DNA of 63,576 nucleotides, from assembly GCF_039654945.1 (NCBI RefSeq), contig NW_027361696.1, positions 425 through 64,000 of the forward strand. Direction: 5' to 3'. This document shows positions 62,840-63,576 of this stretch, one piece after another. The notes under the pieces are model-generated. The model was given only the letters and a program-made list of their open reading frames with translations. It ran no database searches and had not been told where the DNA came from. Source of the DNA: Dendrobates tinctorius (Eukaryota). Each line of letters opens with the position of its first letter. The first letter of the stretch is position 1. A program made the position numbers and the translations under genes.

Positions 62840-63275
62840 ATTTAGTCAGTCAGCAATAGTGCAAGTTCCACCACTTAAAAAGATGAGGCGTCTGTAATTT
62901 ACATCATAGGTAGACCTCAACTATGGGAGACAAACTGAGAAAAAAAAATCCAGAAAATCACATTGTCTGGTTTTTTTTTCATTTTATTTGCAGATTATGG
63001 TGGAAAATAAGTATTTGGTCAGAAACAAAATTTCATCTCAATACTTTGTGATATATCCTTTGTTGGCAATGACAGAGGTCAAACGTTTTCTGTAAGTCTT
63101 CACAAGGTTGCCACACACTGTTGTTGGTATGTTGGCCCATTCCTCCATGCAGATCTCCTCTAGAGCAGTGATGTTTTTGGCTTTTCGCTTGGCAACACGG
63201 ACTTTCAACTCCCTCCAAAGGTTTTCTATAGGGTTGAGATCTGGAGACTGGCTAGGCCACTCCAGGACCTTGAAA
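62840..63275 (-). mobile_element. Tc1 fragment (transposase C-terminus and TIR region)
   Basis: Minus frame [22 protein letters not shown]...GYITKY*. Confidence 0.85.
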
Positions 63276-63279
63276 TCAC

Positions 63280-63576
63280 AGATAGAATCATAGAATCGTA
63301 GAGTTGGAAGGGACCTCCTGGGCCATCTGGTCCAACCCCCTGCTCAAAGCAGGATTCGCTAAATAATCCCAGTCAGATGTCTGTCCAGCCTCTGTTTGAA
63401 GACTTCCATTGAAGGAGAACTCACCAATTCTCGTGGCAGCCTGTTCCACTCATTGATCACTCTAACTGTCAAAAAGTTTTTTCTAATATCTAATCTGTGT
63501 CTCCTCCCATTCAGTTTCATCCCATTGCTTCTAGTCTTTCCTTGTGCAAATGAGAATAAAGATGATCCTTCTACAA
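63280..63576 (-). mobile_element. CR1 3' end (same family as 44584-46790)
   Basis: atagaatcatagaatcgtagagttggaagggacctcc..., the reverse complement of ~46510-46790. Confidence 0.92.

Overview
Eukaryotic, repeat-rich vertebrate DNA. The transposon repertoire suggests a frog (inference). Three genes lie in the order known from other tetrapods. FAM118B (+) is a SIR2-like protein with coding exons at 5933-9808 and a probable last exon at 28033-28046. SRPRA (-) is complete, with 14 coding exons spanning 59780 to 30041 and encoding 644 aa. The first coding exon of FOXRED1 (+, 60076-60214) lies head-to-head with SRPRA. Introns are filled with nested mobile DNA: Tc1/mariner elements (DD34E, a nearly intact DD36E, a DD38E), a full-length L1, L2 and CR1 fragments, two solo LTRs, hAT and PIF/Harbinger MITEs, non-autonomous piggyBacs with telomere-like repeats, V-SINEs and several minisatellites. 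The most striking unexplained structure is a ~13.5 kb insertion in the last SRPRA intron (37132-50613). With nested insertions removed it is a non-coding ~4.3 kb palindrome with a branched apex. Each arm carries a minimal type-I hammerhead ribozyme, an architecture resembling Penelope-like elements or retrozymes, and one ribozyme is sense to the SRPRA pre-mRNA. A second candidate is an intact 225-codon exon in the last FAM118B intron that is splice-phase compatible with FAM118B. All calls were made by eye, with no database searches.
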